This document shows, piece by piece, positions 49,048-58,255 of a stretch of 64,000 nt of DNA. Made by a program: the position numbers and the translations under genes. The notes beneath the pieces are model-generated. The model did no database searches. It was given only the letters and a program-made list of their open reading frames with translations, and was not told the DNA's origin. Origin of the DNA: Microbacterium sp. Lineage in GTDB: Bacteria; Actinomycetota; Actinomycetes; Actinomycetales; Microbacteriaceae. The DNA is taken from the NCBI GenBank assembly GCA_031555335.1, contig JAVBUN010000096.1, positions 2,893 to 66,892 on the forward strand. Direction: 5' to 3'. Position 1 is the stretch's first letter, and every line of letters begins with the position of its first letter.

Positions 49048-51057
49048 TCAGTGCTCGGCGTGGCCGGCGTCGTGCCCGTGCGCCCCGTGAGCGGACCCGT
49101 GATCGTGTCCGCCGCACTGGCAGGCACCGGGCGCGCAGGCGCACGCGGATCCGGAGGTCGCCCCGGGCGCGCAGTGCGCGCTGGCCGAGGACGGCAGATC
49201 GAGCGACGGGTTGCGGGTGAAGAAGCCGTCCGGCTCGAGCCGCAGCCCGATGCGGTGCACGGGCATGATCGGCCACTCCTCGGGCTTCGGGTAGTGGTGC
49301 ACGCCGACGATCGGCCAGACGACCAGCTCGGCGCCGTCGAGCGGACGGTCCGCCTGCTGCCAGGCCGTGATGCCCTCCGCCTCGAGCGGTGCCTGATTCG
49401 GGTACTCCCCCGCGATGAAGCGCTCGTTCGGGTCGTAGGCGGTGGCCCACAGGTGCTTCGCCACGAACGGCGCCTTCCGGGCCACGACGCTGCCGGGCTT
49501 CGCGAACAGCCGCGTGGTGTGCGGGATCGCCAGGCGGTACGCGGTCGATTCGCCGAAGCGGTTCGTCCGGTCGGCGCTCTCGATGCGCCAGTGGACGGCG
49601 CGGGACGCGTCCGCCATCCGCGCCGCGTCCTTCTCGGATGCGATCGTCTCGGGCACCATCTTCACGGCGTTGCCGTACGGGTTGAGCTCCTCGTCCTCCT
49701 CGACCTCCGCGTGCATCTCCACGAGGCGGTTGAGGTTCCCGTCCACGGCGGTGTCCAGGCGTACGGCGAAGTAGTGCTGGTGGGTGGGCGCCTGCACGTT
49801 GGGGCTCACCATCCGGCCGAAGGGGGGCGTGAGACCGTCGTCGATGCCCGACACCGACAGGATGCCGGTGAGCTTGATCTCGAGCTCGATGCTGCCGTCC
49901 TGGTGGAGCGACCAGTAGAACCCGTAGTCGTAGTTCGCGACGGTCGCGAAGAACGAGATGACCAACCGGCGGGACCGGCGCACGTCCGCCTCACCGGTGC
50001 GGGTGTTCACGTGCTTCCACAGGATCGAGGCGTCCTCCTCGTGCAGGCAGATGCCGTTGACGATGGTCTTCGCCTCGCCCGTGCCGTCGACCACGTGGGC
50101 GTCGAAGTAGCGGATCTCCCCGAGGCAGTCGCAGCCGAGCTCGAGCGACGCCGTGAGCGGGCCCGCGCCGTACTCGCCCCAGTCGAAGAAGTTCTTCCGG
50201 TACGCGGTCGGATCGGGATCGAGGTACGGCACGTACATCTCGTTGACGGCCGCGCGGCGGAGCACCGGGCGCACCACGTCGCCGTCGCGGTAGGCGACGT
50301 CGTGCAGCACGAGGCCCTCGCGGTGCGTGAAACCGATGCGGAACGACCAGTTCTGCCAGGTGACGAGGTGCCCGTCCACCTGGAAGCCGGGGCCCTGGGG
50401 CTGGACGATCTCGAGAGGAGCGACCTCACGGTCGGGCCCCCAGGTGCCGGAGCGGTAGTTCCCGCCCTCGGATGCCATCGGGATGACACCGTGGTCCTCG
50501 ATGCGGATGACGTCCAGCGTCTCGAGGTCGAGGATCGGCACGAGACCCGCCACCGGACGTGCGTAGCCGTTGTCGTCGACCGACTCGCGATACCAGACGG
50601 TCCCCCACGACAGGCGGCGGTCCGCGAGGTCCTCCGGTTCGAAGCCGGTGATCGACTCCGGGTCGACCCACACGAGCGAGGTGTCGGTGATCCCGCGCTT
50701 GGCGAGCGCCTCGACGATGAGCGGGTGGTTCCGGGCCGCCTGCGCGATCAGCCGGGCTTCGTCGGAGGAGACGCCCGGACGCTTGGCGTCGACGGGCGAC
50801 CAGGACGCGATGGCTGCGGCGCGGTCGGTGCCAGGCGTCCACGCCGTGACCTCCCATGCCTCGTGCGCGCCCGGATTCATCACGACGAGGCGCACGGGGC
50901 GCCCCCGGCCGTCGGCGAGGGCTCGGGCGAGGTGCTCCTCGACGGCGATGCCCCAGAATCGCGGCGCCTCGCCGATCCGCGCGTCGGCGCGCACCAGCGC
51001 GATGACCTCGGCGATCTCGTCGGGGGTGAGCGGGTCGCTCCAGTGGCGCAGGGTCAT
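49048..51057 (-). CDS. Copper-containing (TPQ) primary amine oxidase with Cys/His-rich tail
   Basis: 'TVANYDY' TPQ motif, 'HQH', 'HHYP.PEEWP.MP', 'LGCDCLG'. Confidence 0.93.
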   Translation of the reverse strand: MTLRHWSDPLTPDEIAEVIALVRADARIGEAPRFWGIAVEEHLARALADGRGRPVRLVVMNPGAHEAWEVTAWTPGTDRAAAIASWSPVDAKRPGVSSDEARLIAQAARNHPLIVEALAKRGITDTSLVWVDPESITGFEPEDLADRRLSWGTVWYRESVDDNGYARPVAGLVPILDLETLDVIRIEDHGVIPMASEGGNYRSGTWGPDREVAPLEIVQPQGPGFQVDGHLVTWQNWSFRIGFTHREGLVLHDVAYRDGDVVRPVLRRAAVNEMYVPYLDPDPTAYRKNFFDWGEYGAGPLTASLELGCDCLGEIRYFDAHVVDGTGEAKTIVNGICLHEEDASILWKHVNTRTGEADVRRSRRLVISFFATVANYDYGFYWSLHQDGSIELEIKLTGILSVSGIDDGLTPPFGRMVSPNVQAPTHQHYFAVRLDTAVDGNLNRLVEMHAEVEEDEELNPYGNAVKMVPETIASEKDAARMADASRAVHWRIESADRTNRFGESTAYRLAIPHTTRLFAKPGSVVARKAPFVAKHLWATAYDPNERFIAGEYPNQAPLEAEGITAWQQADRPLDGAELVVWPIVGVHHYPKPEEWPIMPVHRIGLRLEPDGFFTRNPSLDLPSSASAHCAPGATSGSACACAPGACQCGGHDHGSAHGAHGHDAGHAEH

Positions 51058-52601
51058 CGGGTTCTCCTTGGGTCGAGCGTGTCGTCGGCGTGATCCGCGC
51101 CGCCCACGAACGCGGCGCCGTCGGCGCGCGGATCGCTCGCGGCCTCCAGCGTCGACGTCGCGCGCGCGACGCGCACCAGTTGAACATGTCCGGCCTCGTC
51201 GGCGGGGCCGGGGAAGGCGATGACGGGGACGCCGAGCTCCGCGGCGCGCTCGCGCACGGCATCGGGTGCTCCCGGTTCGCACACGAGGCTGAGGGTCGGC
51301 TGGCCGAGGTCCCGGTCGCCCACCACCCAGCGCGGGCGCGCCAGCACGTCGTCGAGCCTCTGAGCGGGATCGAGGGTGTCCGACAGCAGCTGCGCGAGGA
51401 TCCACGGCTGCGCGCGACCGCCCTGGCAGCCGGCCACCACGGTGACCGCTCCGTCGTCGACGATCGCCGGGCACAGCGTGTGCGGGGGCCGTGCGCCGGG
51501 CCGGATGAAGGCGGGCGACGCGGGATCCGCGGAGAAGGCGCTGCCCCGGTTGTGCAGCACGATCCCGGTCTCGGGATCGAGCAGCGAGGCGCCGAAAGTC
51601 ATGTACACGCTCTGCACGATCGTGATGGCCCACCCGTCCTCGTCGGCGGCGGTGACGGACGCCGTGTCGCCCGAGGGCCGGGGTTCGCCGGGTCCGTCCG
51701 GTGCGTCGTCCGAACGCAGATCGAGCAGGGCGTCCAGGTCGATCTCGTGGGCGCGTGGATCGCCCAGGTGCGCGGCGCGGGCGCGGACGCCGCGCAGACT
51801 CGCCTCGAAGACGGGCCGCGGGTCGGGACGGGCGGCCGCCGCCGCGGACGCAACGCCGAGCAGGATCGGTCCGACCGACGGCGGTGGGGCGACGCTCCAG
51901 GTCGCGCCGTCGATGTCGGACTGAAGAGCGGGCACGATCTCGGGCCGGTAGTCGGCGAAGTCGGATGCCTCGTGAACGCCGCCGGCCAGCGACAGCGTGC
52001 GCAGGAGTGCGGCCGCCGTCCAGCCGCGATAGATGTCCGTCGGATCGACGGCGAGGCGACGGAGCGTCGCCGCGAGCGCGGGCTGCTGCAGGAGGTCCCC
52101 CTCGGCCAACATCCTGCCCTCCGGGGCGAAGACGCCGCGCAGACCCGGATCGGCCATCACCGCGTCCGCGCGGGAGACCAGCGCGCGTGCCAGCCCGGCG
52201 CTGACCGGCTCGCCGTCGGCGGCGAGGCCGGCCGCGCCCTCGAACGCGTCGGCGAGCGGACGCCGAGCACCGAGGCCGTGGATCGCGCTCCAGCCCGCGA
52301 CGATGCCCGGGACGCTCACCGCGTGCGCCCCCTGCCGCGGCACCTCCGACCATCCGCCGCTCACCTCGTCGACGCGACGCGGCGCGGTGCCCGCTGCGAC
52401 GACGGCGCGCGTCCGCCCGTCGGGAGCCCGGACGACGGCGATCAGGTCGCCGCCGAGCGCGCACTGGTGCGGATAGACGACCGTGAGCGTCACGGCGGCC
52501 GCGAGCGCCGCGTCGAGGGCGTTCCCCCCGGCCGCGATCGCGCGTTCGCCCGCCGCGACGGCGGCGTGGTGGGGTGCCGCGAGGGCCACTCTCGTCATCA
52601 C
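51054..52601 (-). CDS. Gamma-glutamyltransferase family protein
   Basis: 'GGNALDAA', 'VVYPH...GGD', nucleophile 'GDTA', 'HNRG', 'PPHTL', 'SDPRADG'. Confidence 0.88.
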   Translation of the reverse strand: MMTRVALAAPHHAAVAAGERAIAAGGNALDAALAAAVTLTVVYPHQCALGGDLIAVVRAPDGRTRAVVAAGTAPRRVDEVSGGWSEVPRQGAHAVSVPGIVAGWSAIHGLGARRPLADAFEGAAGLAADGEPVSAGLARALVSRADAVMADPGLRGVFAPEGRMLAEGDLLQQPALAATLRRLAVDPTDIYRGWTAAALLRTLSLAGGVHEASDFADYRPEIVPALQSDIDGATWSVAPPPSVGPILLGVASAAAAARPDPRPVFEASLRGVRARAAHLGDPRAHEIDLDALLDLRSDDAPDGPGEPRPSGDTASVTAADEDGWAITIVQSVYMTFGASLLDPETGIVLHNRGSAFSADPASPAFIRPGARPPHTLCPAIVDDGAVTVVAGCQGGRAQPWILAQLLSDTLDPAQRLDDVLARPRWVVGDRDLGQPTLSLVCEPGAPDAVRERAAELGVPVIAFPGPADEAGHVQLVRVARATSTLEAASDPRADGAAFVGGADHADDTLDPRRTR

Positions 52602-53692
52602 AGTCCCCGTCGTGTCGTGGAGATGAAGTCCAGGTCGGGTCGTTCGACCCCCAGCGCCAGGTCGGCAGCGGCGTCGCCCACCGCGGGACCGAACTTGAAG
52701 CCGTGGCCCGAGCAGGCGGACACGACCACGACCTCGGGCGCGTCGGTGAGCGGTCCGAGGATGAAGCGTTTGTCCGCGGTCATCGTGTAGAGGCAGGCGG
52801 CGGCCTCGACCGGCGCCGGGTCGAGCCCGGGCACGAACGTCGACAGGAGCCGCTGCAAGGCGGCGGTCTCGGCCTCGTCCGGTGCGGCCACCGGAATCTC
52901 GGGATCCCAGACATCCCGCGCATCGACGCCGAGCTTCACGCCGTTGCCATCGGCATCCGGGATGCCGAAGACGAGCCCCTCGGCCCGGTCGACGGAGAAG
53001 GCGCCGAGCATCGGCGGGATGCCGGCCTCCTGCCCGGCGGCGACCGTGAGCGTGAGGATGCGCCAGACCTCGAGGAGCGGGGCGAGGGCGGGAACGAGCG
53101 AGGACATCCAGCTGCCGCCCGCCAGCACGAGGCGCCGCGCACGGAGTTCGCCCTGGTCGGTGCGGACGAGTACCCCGCCCGCGTCGCGCTCCCAGCCGAG
53201 CACGTCGACGCCGCCACGGAGATCCGCGCCGTGGCGCGTGGCCTCGGCGCGGAGGACTGTCTGTGCCCGCTCGGCCTCGATCACACCCGCCGAGGGGTCG
53301 GACACCGCCCCGTAGCCCTCCGGCACGACGAAGCCGGGCATGAGCGCTTCCATCTCGCCGCGCTCAGACACCGCTCGACAGCCCGGCCCCTGCAGCTGCG
53401 CCGCACCCGCGTGCGCGTAGAGCCCGCCGGTCCGGTGGATGAGCGTCTCGCCGCCGGCGGCCTCGAGCGCCTCCCACCCGGTCCAGGCGCGATCGACGAG
53501 ATCGTTCCAGACCGGGTTCGGGTAGGCGCGTCGGATCATCCGGGTGCGTCCGTGCGACGAGCCCCGGGCATGTCCGGGGGCGAACCGGTCGAGGCCGATG
53601 ACGTCGACGCCGCGGCGGGCGAGCGACGCGGCGGTCGCGAGCCCGTGGATGCCCTGTCCGACGACGAGGACGTCGGTGTCGACTCCGCTCAC
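52598..53692 (-). CDS. Monomeric sarcosine/N-methyl-amino-acid oxidase-like flavoprotein (SolA/MSOX family)
   Basis: 'GSSHGRTRMIR', 'ACLYT' (FAD-linking Cys), 'SGHGFKF'. Confidence 0.87.
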   Translation of the reverse strand: MSGVDTDVLVVGQGIHGLATAASLARRGVDVIGLDRFAPGHARGSSHGRTRMIRRAYPNPVWNDLVDRAWTGWEALEAAGGETLIHRTGGLYAHAGAAQLQGPGCRAVSERGEMEALMPGFVVPEGYGAVSDPSAGVIEAERAQTVLRAEATRHGADLRGGVDVLGWERDAGGVLVRTDQGELRARRLVLAGGSWMSSLVPALAPLLEVWRILTLTVAAGQEAGIPPMLGAFSVDRAEGLVFGIPDADGNGVKLGVDARDVWDPEIPVAAPDEAETAALQRLLSTFVPGLDPAPVEAAACLYTMTADKRFILGPLTDAPEVVVVSACSGHGFKFGPAVGDAAADLALGVERPDLDFISTTRRGL

Positions 53693-54936
53693 GCGGCGCC
53701 GCCCGCAGCATCCGAGGCGACGGCGGTGACCGCCTCGACCAGTGCGTCGACGTCGGATTCGTCGTTGTACACGTGCAGCGAGGCACGCACGACGGCGTCG
53801 AGGCCACGCGCACCCAGGTCCCACTGTCCGTGCGTCGCCGGAACCGAGACCACACGCACCGACCGGCGCGACAGGGCGTCGACGACGAGCGGAGAGACGA
53901 CGCCCGCGATGTCGAAGGTGACGATCGCGCTGTCCGCGCCCTCCGGGTCAGCCACGCGGACGCCGGGGATCATCGCGAGCTGCGCGCGGAGTGTCCGCCC
54001 GCCCTCGCGGAGGTGCGCCTGCGTCGGCAGGATCCCGCGCGACAGCGCCTCGTCGACGGCGACACCGAGCCCCAGGCGCGCGGAGACGGCGGCCTCCCAG
54101 CTCTCGTACCGGCGCGCGCTCTGGGTGAGCTCCCATGCGAGCGGCGAGCTCCACTGCGCGCCCCGGACGTCCGGGGCGGTGGGGGCGAGCCGCTCCATCA
54201 GGGACGCGGAGACGTACGCGAATCCCGTCCCCCGGGGTGCGCGCAGGAACTTGCGACCCGTCGTCACGAGGATGTCGCACCCCACCGCGTCGACGTCCAC
54301 CCCGAGATGGCCGACCGACTGCGTGGCGTCGAGGATGTACACCGCGCCGTGTCGGCGGGTGATCGCCCCGATGGCCGCCACCGGCTCCGTCAGTCCGGAC
54401 GAGGTCGGGACGTGCGAGACGGTCACCGTCGTCGGCCGACCGTCGGCGAGCATCGCGTCCAACGCCTCGAGGTCCACACACCCCCGATCATCCACCGGCG
54501 CGAGCACGAGTTCCACCTCGCGCTCGCGGGCGAGTGTCATGAGGTGGAGGGCGTGGCTGACGTAGGTGGTGCTCGCGGCGACGATGCGGGAGCCCGCGGC
54601 CGGGCGGAGGGCGTCCAGCAGCACGCGCAGCCCCGCGGAGGCGCTGTCGAACAACGCGATCTCCGACGCCCGCGCGCCGATGAGTGCCGCGGTGCTGTCG
54701 TAGATGGCGTCGAGGCGGTCCCGCACGACGGCAGCGGCCTCGTAGCCGCCGATCGCCTCCTCGAGCCGGAGATGCTGCACGACCGTGTCGACGACCGACA
54801 CCGACGGAAGGGCGGACCCCGCAGCGTTGAGATGGTGCGACCGCGTCGCGCCCACGGTGCGCATCCGCTCCGCAGCCACGTCGACCGCGCCGGTGGTGGC
54901 GATGACCGCGGGGTGCGATCCGTCCCTCGGTGTCAT
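53689..54936 (-). CDS. PLP-dependent aminotransferase class V / C-S lyase (EgtE-like)
   Basis: 'HLNAAG', 'DATQSVG', 'TGRKFLRAPRGTG', 'VRASLHVYN'. Confidence 0.85.
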   Translation of the reverse strand: MTPRDGSHPAVIATTGAVDVAAERMRTVGATRSHHLNAAGSALPSVSVVDTVVQHLRLEEAIGGYEAAAVVRDRLDAIYDSTAALIGARASEIALFDSASAGLRVLLDALRPAAGSRIVAASTTYVSHALHLMTLAREREVELVLAPVDDRGCVDLEALDAMLADGRPTTVTVSHVPTSSGLTEPVAAIGAITRRHGAVYILDATQSVGHLGVDVDAVGCDILVTTGRKFLRAPRGTGFAYVSASLMERLAPTAPDVRGAQWSSPLAWELTQSARRYESWEAAVSARLGLGVAVDEALSRGILPTQAHLREGGRTLRAQLAMIPGVRVADPEGADSAIVTFDIAGVVSPLVVDALSRRSVRVVSVPATHGQWDLGARGLDAVVRASLHVYNDESDVDALVEAVTAVASDAAGGAA

Positions 54937-54957
54937 CCGATGACCAATCTCTCATGG

Positions 54958-54990
54958 GCGGGATCCAAAACTAACATGTATGGATCCACT
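54958..54990. promoter_or_regulatory. Paired GntR operator I
   Basis: GGATCC cores at 54961 and 54982. Confidence 0.75.
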
Positions 54991-55065
54991 TAGTGATGCA
55001 TTGTCTCTTGATCGGCGCGCGGGGTCCGCGCGGGAGCGCCGGAACCCGCGCGGTGGTACGCCGAT

Positions 55066-55096
55066 CACCGAGGGCGCGCAGACCGCGCCCTCGGTG
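55066..55096. terminator. Hairpin downstream of the NtaA-like gene
   Basis: 13-bp perfect stem caccgagggcgcg/cgcgccctcggtg. Confidence 0.55.
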
Positions 55097-55132
55097 CCGG
55101 CGGCGCTCATCGGATCGCCGCCGGCGGGGGGG

Positions 55133-56512
55133 TCATCGGTCGGCGTGCACCTGGCGGAAGGCGGCGCCCGGGTGGGTCGCGGGAAGCCGGTCGCCGGACT
55201 CGGGGAACAGTCGCGCCCGGAGGGTGGACGGCGAGCGGTCGGGGTCGACGAGACCCCGCTCGACGAGGGCGGGAACCAGGTGCTCGAGGATGTCGTCGTA
55301 GGTACCGGGCGTGATGAACGGCCGCACCAGGAATCCGTCGGCCTGGGTCTCGAGGAGGAAGGCCTCCATCTGATCGGCCACCTCGTCCGCCGCACCCACG
55401 AACATGGTGCCGTTGATCTGGCGGCTGTGGGAGGCGTCGAGGATCTCCCGCGGCGTCGCGTTCCGCCCGCGGGACGGATCCTGATAGGTCGCGAGGGACG
55501 ACTGCCCCTCCTTCAGGTCGAAATCGGGCAGCGGCTCGTCGAGCGGGTAGGCCAGAAGGTCGATGCCGGTCCCCCACATGAACTCGGTCGCCGCATACTC
55601 GCGGGTCATGTAGGTGAGCATGTCGGCGTGCTTCGCCTGCGCCGCGGCGGTGTCCGCTCCCACGATGAGGTGCGCGCCGACGACGAACTTGACGCTGTCC
55701 GCCCCGCGGCCGTTCGCCACCACACGCGCACGGATGTCCGCGATCTGCGCGGCGACGTGCGAGGGGTCGCTGCCGCCGATGAAGACGAGCTCCGCGTACG
55801 CGGCGGCGAAGCCCCGCCCCGCGTTCGATGCGCCGGCCTGCATCAGGAAGGGCGTCCGCTGCGGGGACGGGGGCAGGGTGAACGCACCGTGGGTGCGCAG
55901 GTGGCGACCGTCGAACGACACCTGGCGCACGCCCTGTGCGTCGGCGTACACGCCTGTCTCCTTGTCGGCGATGAGCGCGTCATCCGCCCACGATCCTTCC
56001 CACAGGCTCAGGCAGATGGAAACGTGCTCCTCCGCCTGCGCGTAGCGCTCATCGTGGGGGGTCGGCGATTCACCGAACAGATCGGCCGAGGTCGCCTGGG
56101 CGGTCCCGGTGACGATGTTCCACCCGACCCGGCCCTCCGTGAGGTGATCGAGCGTGCCGTAGCGCCGGGCCACCGAGGGTGCGCGCTCGACCGTGGTGGA
56201 CGAGGTCACGACCACGCTGAGCGTGCTGGTCGCGCCCGCGATCGCGGAGACCAGGGTGATCGGGTCGCCCATCGGGAAGTTCGTCGCATCCGTGACGGCC
56301 TGCGGGATCAGCGCGCCGTCCGGAGTCGCGGGGTAGCTGTAGGAGTCGGCGAAGAAGAGGAAGTCGAATCCCCCGCGCTCGAGGGACTGGGCGAGCTTCG
56401 TCCAGTACGGGATCGTGAGGTACTGCGCGGACGTGTTCTCGGGGTGCCGCCAGCTGGTGCCGAACACTCCATTGGGGTTCAAGGTCTGCAATGCGCCCAG
56501 GATGATGCCCAT
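55133..56512 (-). CDS. NtaA/DmoA/SnaA family FMN-dependent monooxygenase
   Basis: 'WRHP', 'FFAD', 'LDHLT.GRVGWNIVT', 'PSPQRTP...QAGAS..GR.FAA'. Confidence 0.9.
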   Translation of the reverse strand: MGIILGALQTLNPNGVFGTSWRHPENTSAQYLTIPYWTKLAQSLERGGFDFLFFADSYSYPATPDGALIPQAVTDATNFPMGDPITLVSAIAGATSTLSVVVTSSTTVERAPSVARRYGTLDHLTEGRVGWNIVTGTAQATSADLFGESPTPHDERYAQAEEHVSICLSLWEGSWADDALIADKETGVYADAQGVRQVSFDGRHLRTHGAFTLPPSPQRTPFLMQAGASNAGRGFAAAYAELVFIGGSDPSHVAAQIADIRARVVANGRGADSVKFVVGAHLIVGADTAAAQAKHADMLTYMTREYAATEFMWGTGIDLLAYPLDEPLPDFDLKEGQSSLATYQDPSRGRNATPREILDASHSRQINGTMFVGAADEVADQMEAFLLETQADGFLVRPFITPGTYDDILEHLVPALVERGLVDPDRSPSTLRARLFPESGDRLPATHPGAAFRQVHADR

Positions 56513-56548
56513 GGCCGGCTACTCCGTCCGTATCGGTTCTGTCGTGCT

Positions 56549-56582
56549 TTAGTATCCACAGTAGCAGATATTGGATCCATTC
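56549..56582. promoter_or_regulatory. Paired GntR operator J
   Basis: Cores GTATCC at 56552 and GGATCC at 56573. Confidence 0.7.
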
Positions 56583-56661
56583 CTGGTCGAGATGTCCCGC
56601 GCCATCCCTGCCGGTCGAACGCGGGACCGGTCACGCAACGTCGAGCGGATTGCCCTCCTCC

Positions 56662-56694
56662 CATTGGATCCACTTCCTATAGATTTGAATCCAC
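56662..56694. promoter_or_regulatory. Paired GntR operator K
   Basis: Cores GGATCC at 56666 and GAATCC at 56687. Confidence 0.7.
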
Positions 56695-56731
56695 GTGGAC
56701 GTTCGAGATCCGGACGTCGGAGAGGAGATCG

Positions 56732-57415
56732 GTGCATATCGTCTTGGTCCATGGGGCGGGCGGCTCCGACAAGTCATGGTCGCTGGTCACCCCGCTGCTC
56801 GATGCCGAAGGCATCCCCTATTCGGTCGCCGACAATCCGTCACAGTCCCTCGCCGACGACGTCGCGACGGTCACCGCGATGATCGACGCGGCGGACGACG
56901 AGGTGCTGCTCGTCGGGCACTCGTACGGCGGTGCGGTGATCACGAATGCGGGCAACCACGATCGTGTCCGCGGGCTCGTCTACGTCGCCGCGTTCGCCAC
57001 GGACGAGGGCGAGGCCATCTCCGACATCGCGGACCGGTATCCCCCCGCGGAGGTGGCCTCGTTCATGACGCGCGGCCCGAACGGTGAATGGATCAGCGAG
57101 GACTCGGAGGCCAGCAGGCTGGCGCTCGCCTGGGACGTGCCCGACGAGATCTGGGCGAACCGGCACGCGGACAACCGCGTGTCCGCCGACGCGATCTTCA
57201 CCGAGACCACCGGTCGCCCCGCGTGGGCCTCCCGCCCGGCGTGGTACCTGTTGGCGACCCAGGACAAGCACATGCCGCCCGGCGCCCAGCGCGACATGGC
57301 GGAGCGCGCCGGCGCGACCGTCGAGGAGGTCGACACGAGCCACGCGGTGCCGCATGCGGCACCCGAGCGGGTCGTGGCGATCATCGGCCGCGCCGTGGAG
57401 TCGATCGGCGCCTGA
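56732..57415 (+). CDS. Alpha/beta hydrolase
   Basis: 'VLVHGA', 'GHSYGG', 'D', 'SH'; GTG start with GAGGAG RBS. Confidence 0.88.
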   Translation: MHIVLVHGAGGSDKSWSLVTPLLDAEGIPYSVADNPSQSLADDVATVTAMIDAADDEVLLVGHSYGGAVITNAGNHDRVRGLVYVAAFATDEGEAISDIADRYPPAEVASFMTRGPNGEWISEDSEASRLALAWDVPDEIWANRHADNRVSADAIFTETTGRPAWASRPAWYLLATQDKHMPPGAQRDMAERAGATVEEVDTSHAVPHAAPERVVAIIGRAVESIGA

Positions 57416-57420
57416 CGCCG

Positions 57421-57474
57421 CGCACGGACGAAGACCGGACGGCCCGCGATGGGCGTCCGGTCTTCGTCCGTGCG
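57421..57474. terminator. Bidirectional terminator hairpin
   Basis: 21-bp perfect stem between convergent genes. Confidence 0.78.
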
Positions 57475-57475
57475 G

Positions 57476-58255
57476 TCACAGGTCCAGACGGAACCCCGGA
57501 GCACCCGGGTCGGCGTCCAGGAGCCTGCGCGTGTACCAGTGCTGCGGGTCGGCGTAGATCTGCGACACCGGCCCGTGCTCGACGATCTCGCCCGCGTACA
57601 GGACGATCACTTCGTCGCTCACGCGCTGCACGACGGCGAGGTTGTGCGAGATGAACATCATGGTGACGCCCATCTCCGCCTTGATCTCCGCGATCATCTC
57701 GAGGATCTGCGCCTGCACCGACACGTCGAGCGCAGAGGTGATCTCGTCGGCGATCACGAACGACGGATCGAGGATGAATCCGCGCGCGATCGCGACCCGC
57801 TGGCGCTGCCCCCCGGAGAACTCGTGCGGGTACCGCACCATCATGTCGGCCTGGAGGCCGACCCGCTCGAGCCAGGATGCGATCCGATCCCGATGCACCC
57901 GCACGTTCGCGCGGACCGGATCGAGCGCCTCGGCCAGCGTCTGACCGATCGTGCGCCGCGGCGAGAGCGAGGAGAACGGATCCTGCGGGATCATCTGCAC
58001 ACGCCGTCGGTACGCGAAGGCGCTGGGCTGATTCCTGCTCAGTGTCCGCACGTCGACGGTGTCGACCTCGACACTGCCGGACTCGACCGGAACCATCCCC
58101 ACGAGCACCTTCGCGAGGGTGGACTTGCCCGATCCCGATTCGCCGACCACGCCCACCGTTCGTCCCGGGGCGACGTCGAACGACACCCCGTGCAGCACAC
58201 GTGTGGAGCCGAAGGACACCGTGAGGTCCTGCACACCGACCATGGGCTCAGTCAT
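57476..58255 (-). CDS. Peptide/opine-type ABC ATPase (OppF/DppF-like)
   Basis: 'GESGSGKST', 'QDP.SSL', 'YPHEFSGGQRQR', 'HWYTRRLL'. Confidence 0.9.
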   Translation of the reverse strand: MTEPMVGVQDLTVSFGSTRVLHGVSFDVAPGRTVGVVGESGSGKSTLAKVLVGMVPVESGSVEVDTVDVRTLSRNQPSAFAYRRRVQMIPQDPFSSLSPRRTIGQTLAEALDPVRANVRVHRDRIASWLERVGLQADMMVRYPHEFSGGQRQRVAIARGFILDPSFVIADEITSALDVSVQAQILEMIAEIKAEMGVTMMFISHNLAVVQRVSDEVIVLYAGEIVEHGPVSQIYADPQHWYTRRLLDADPGAPGFRLDL

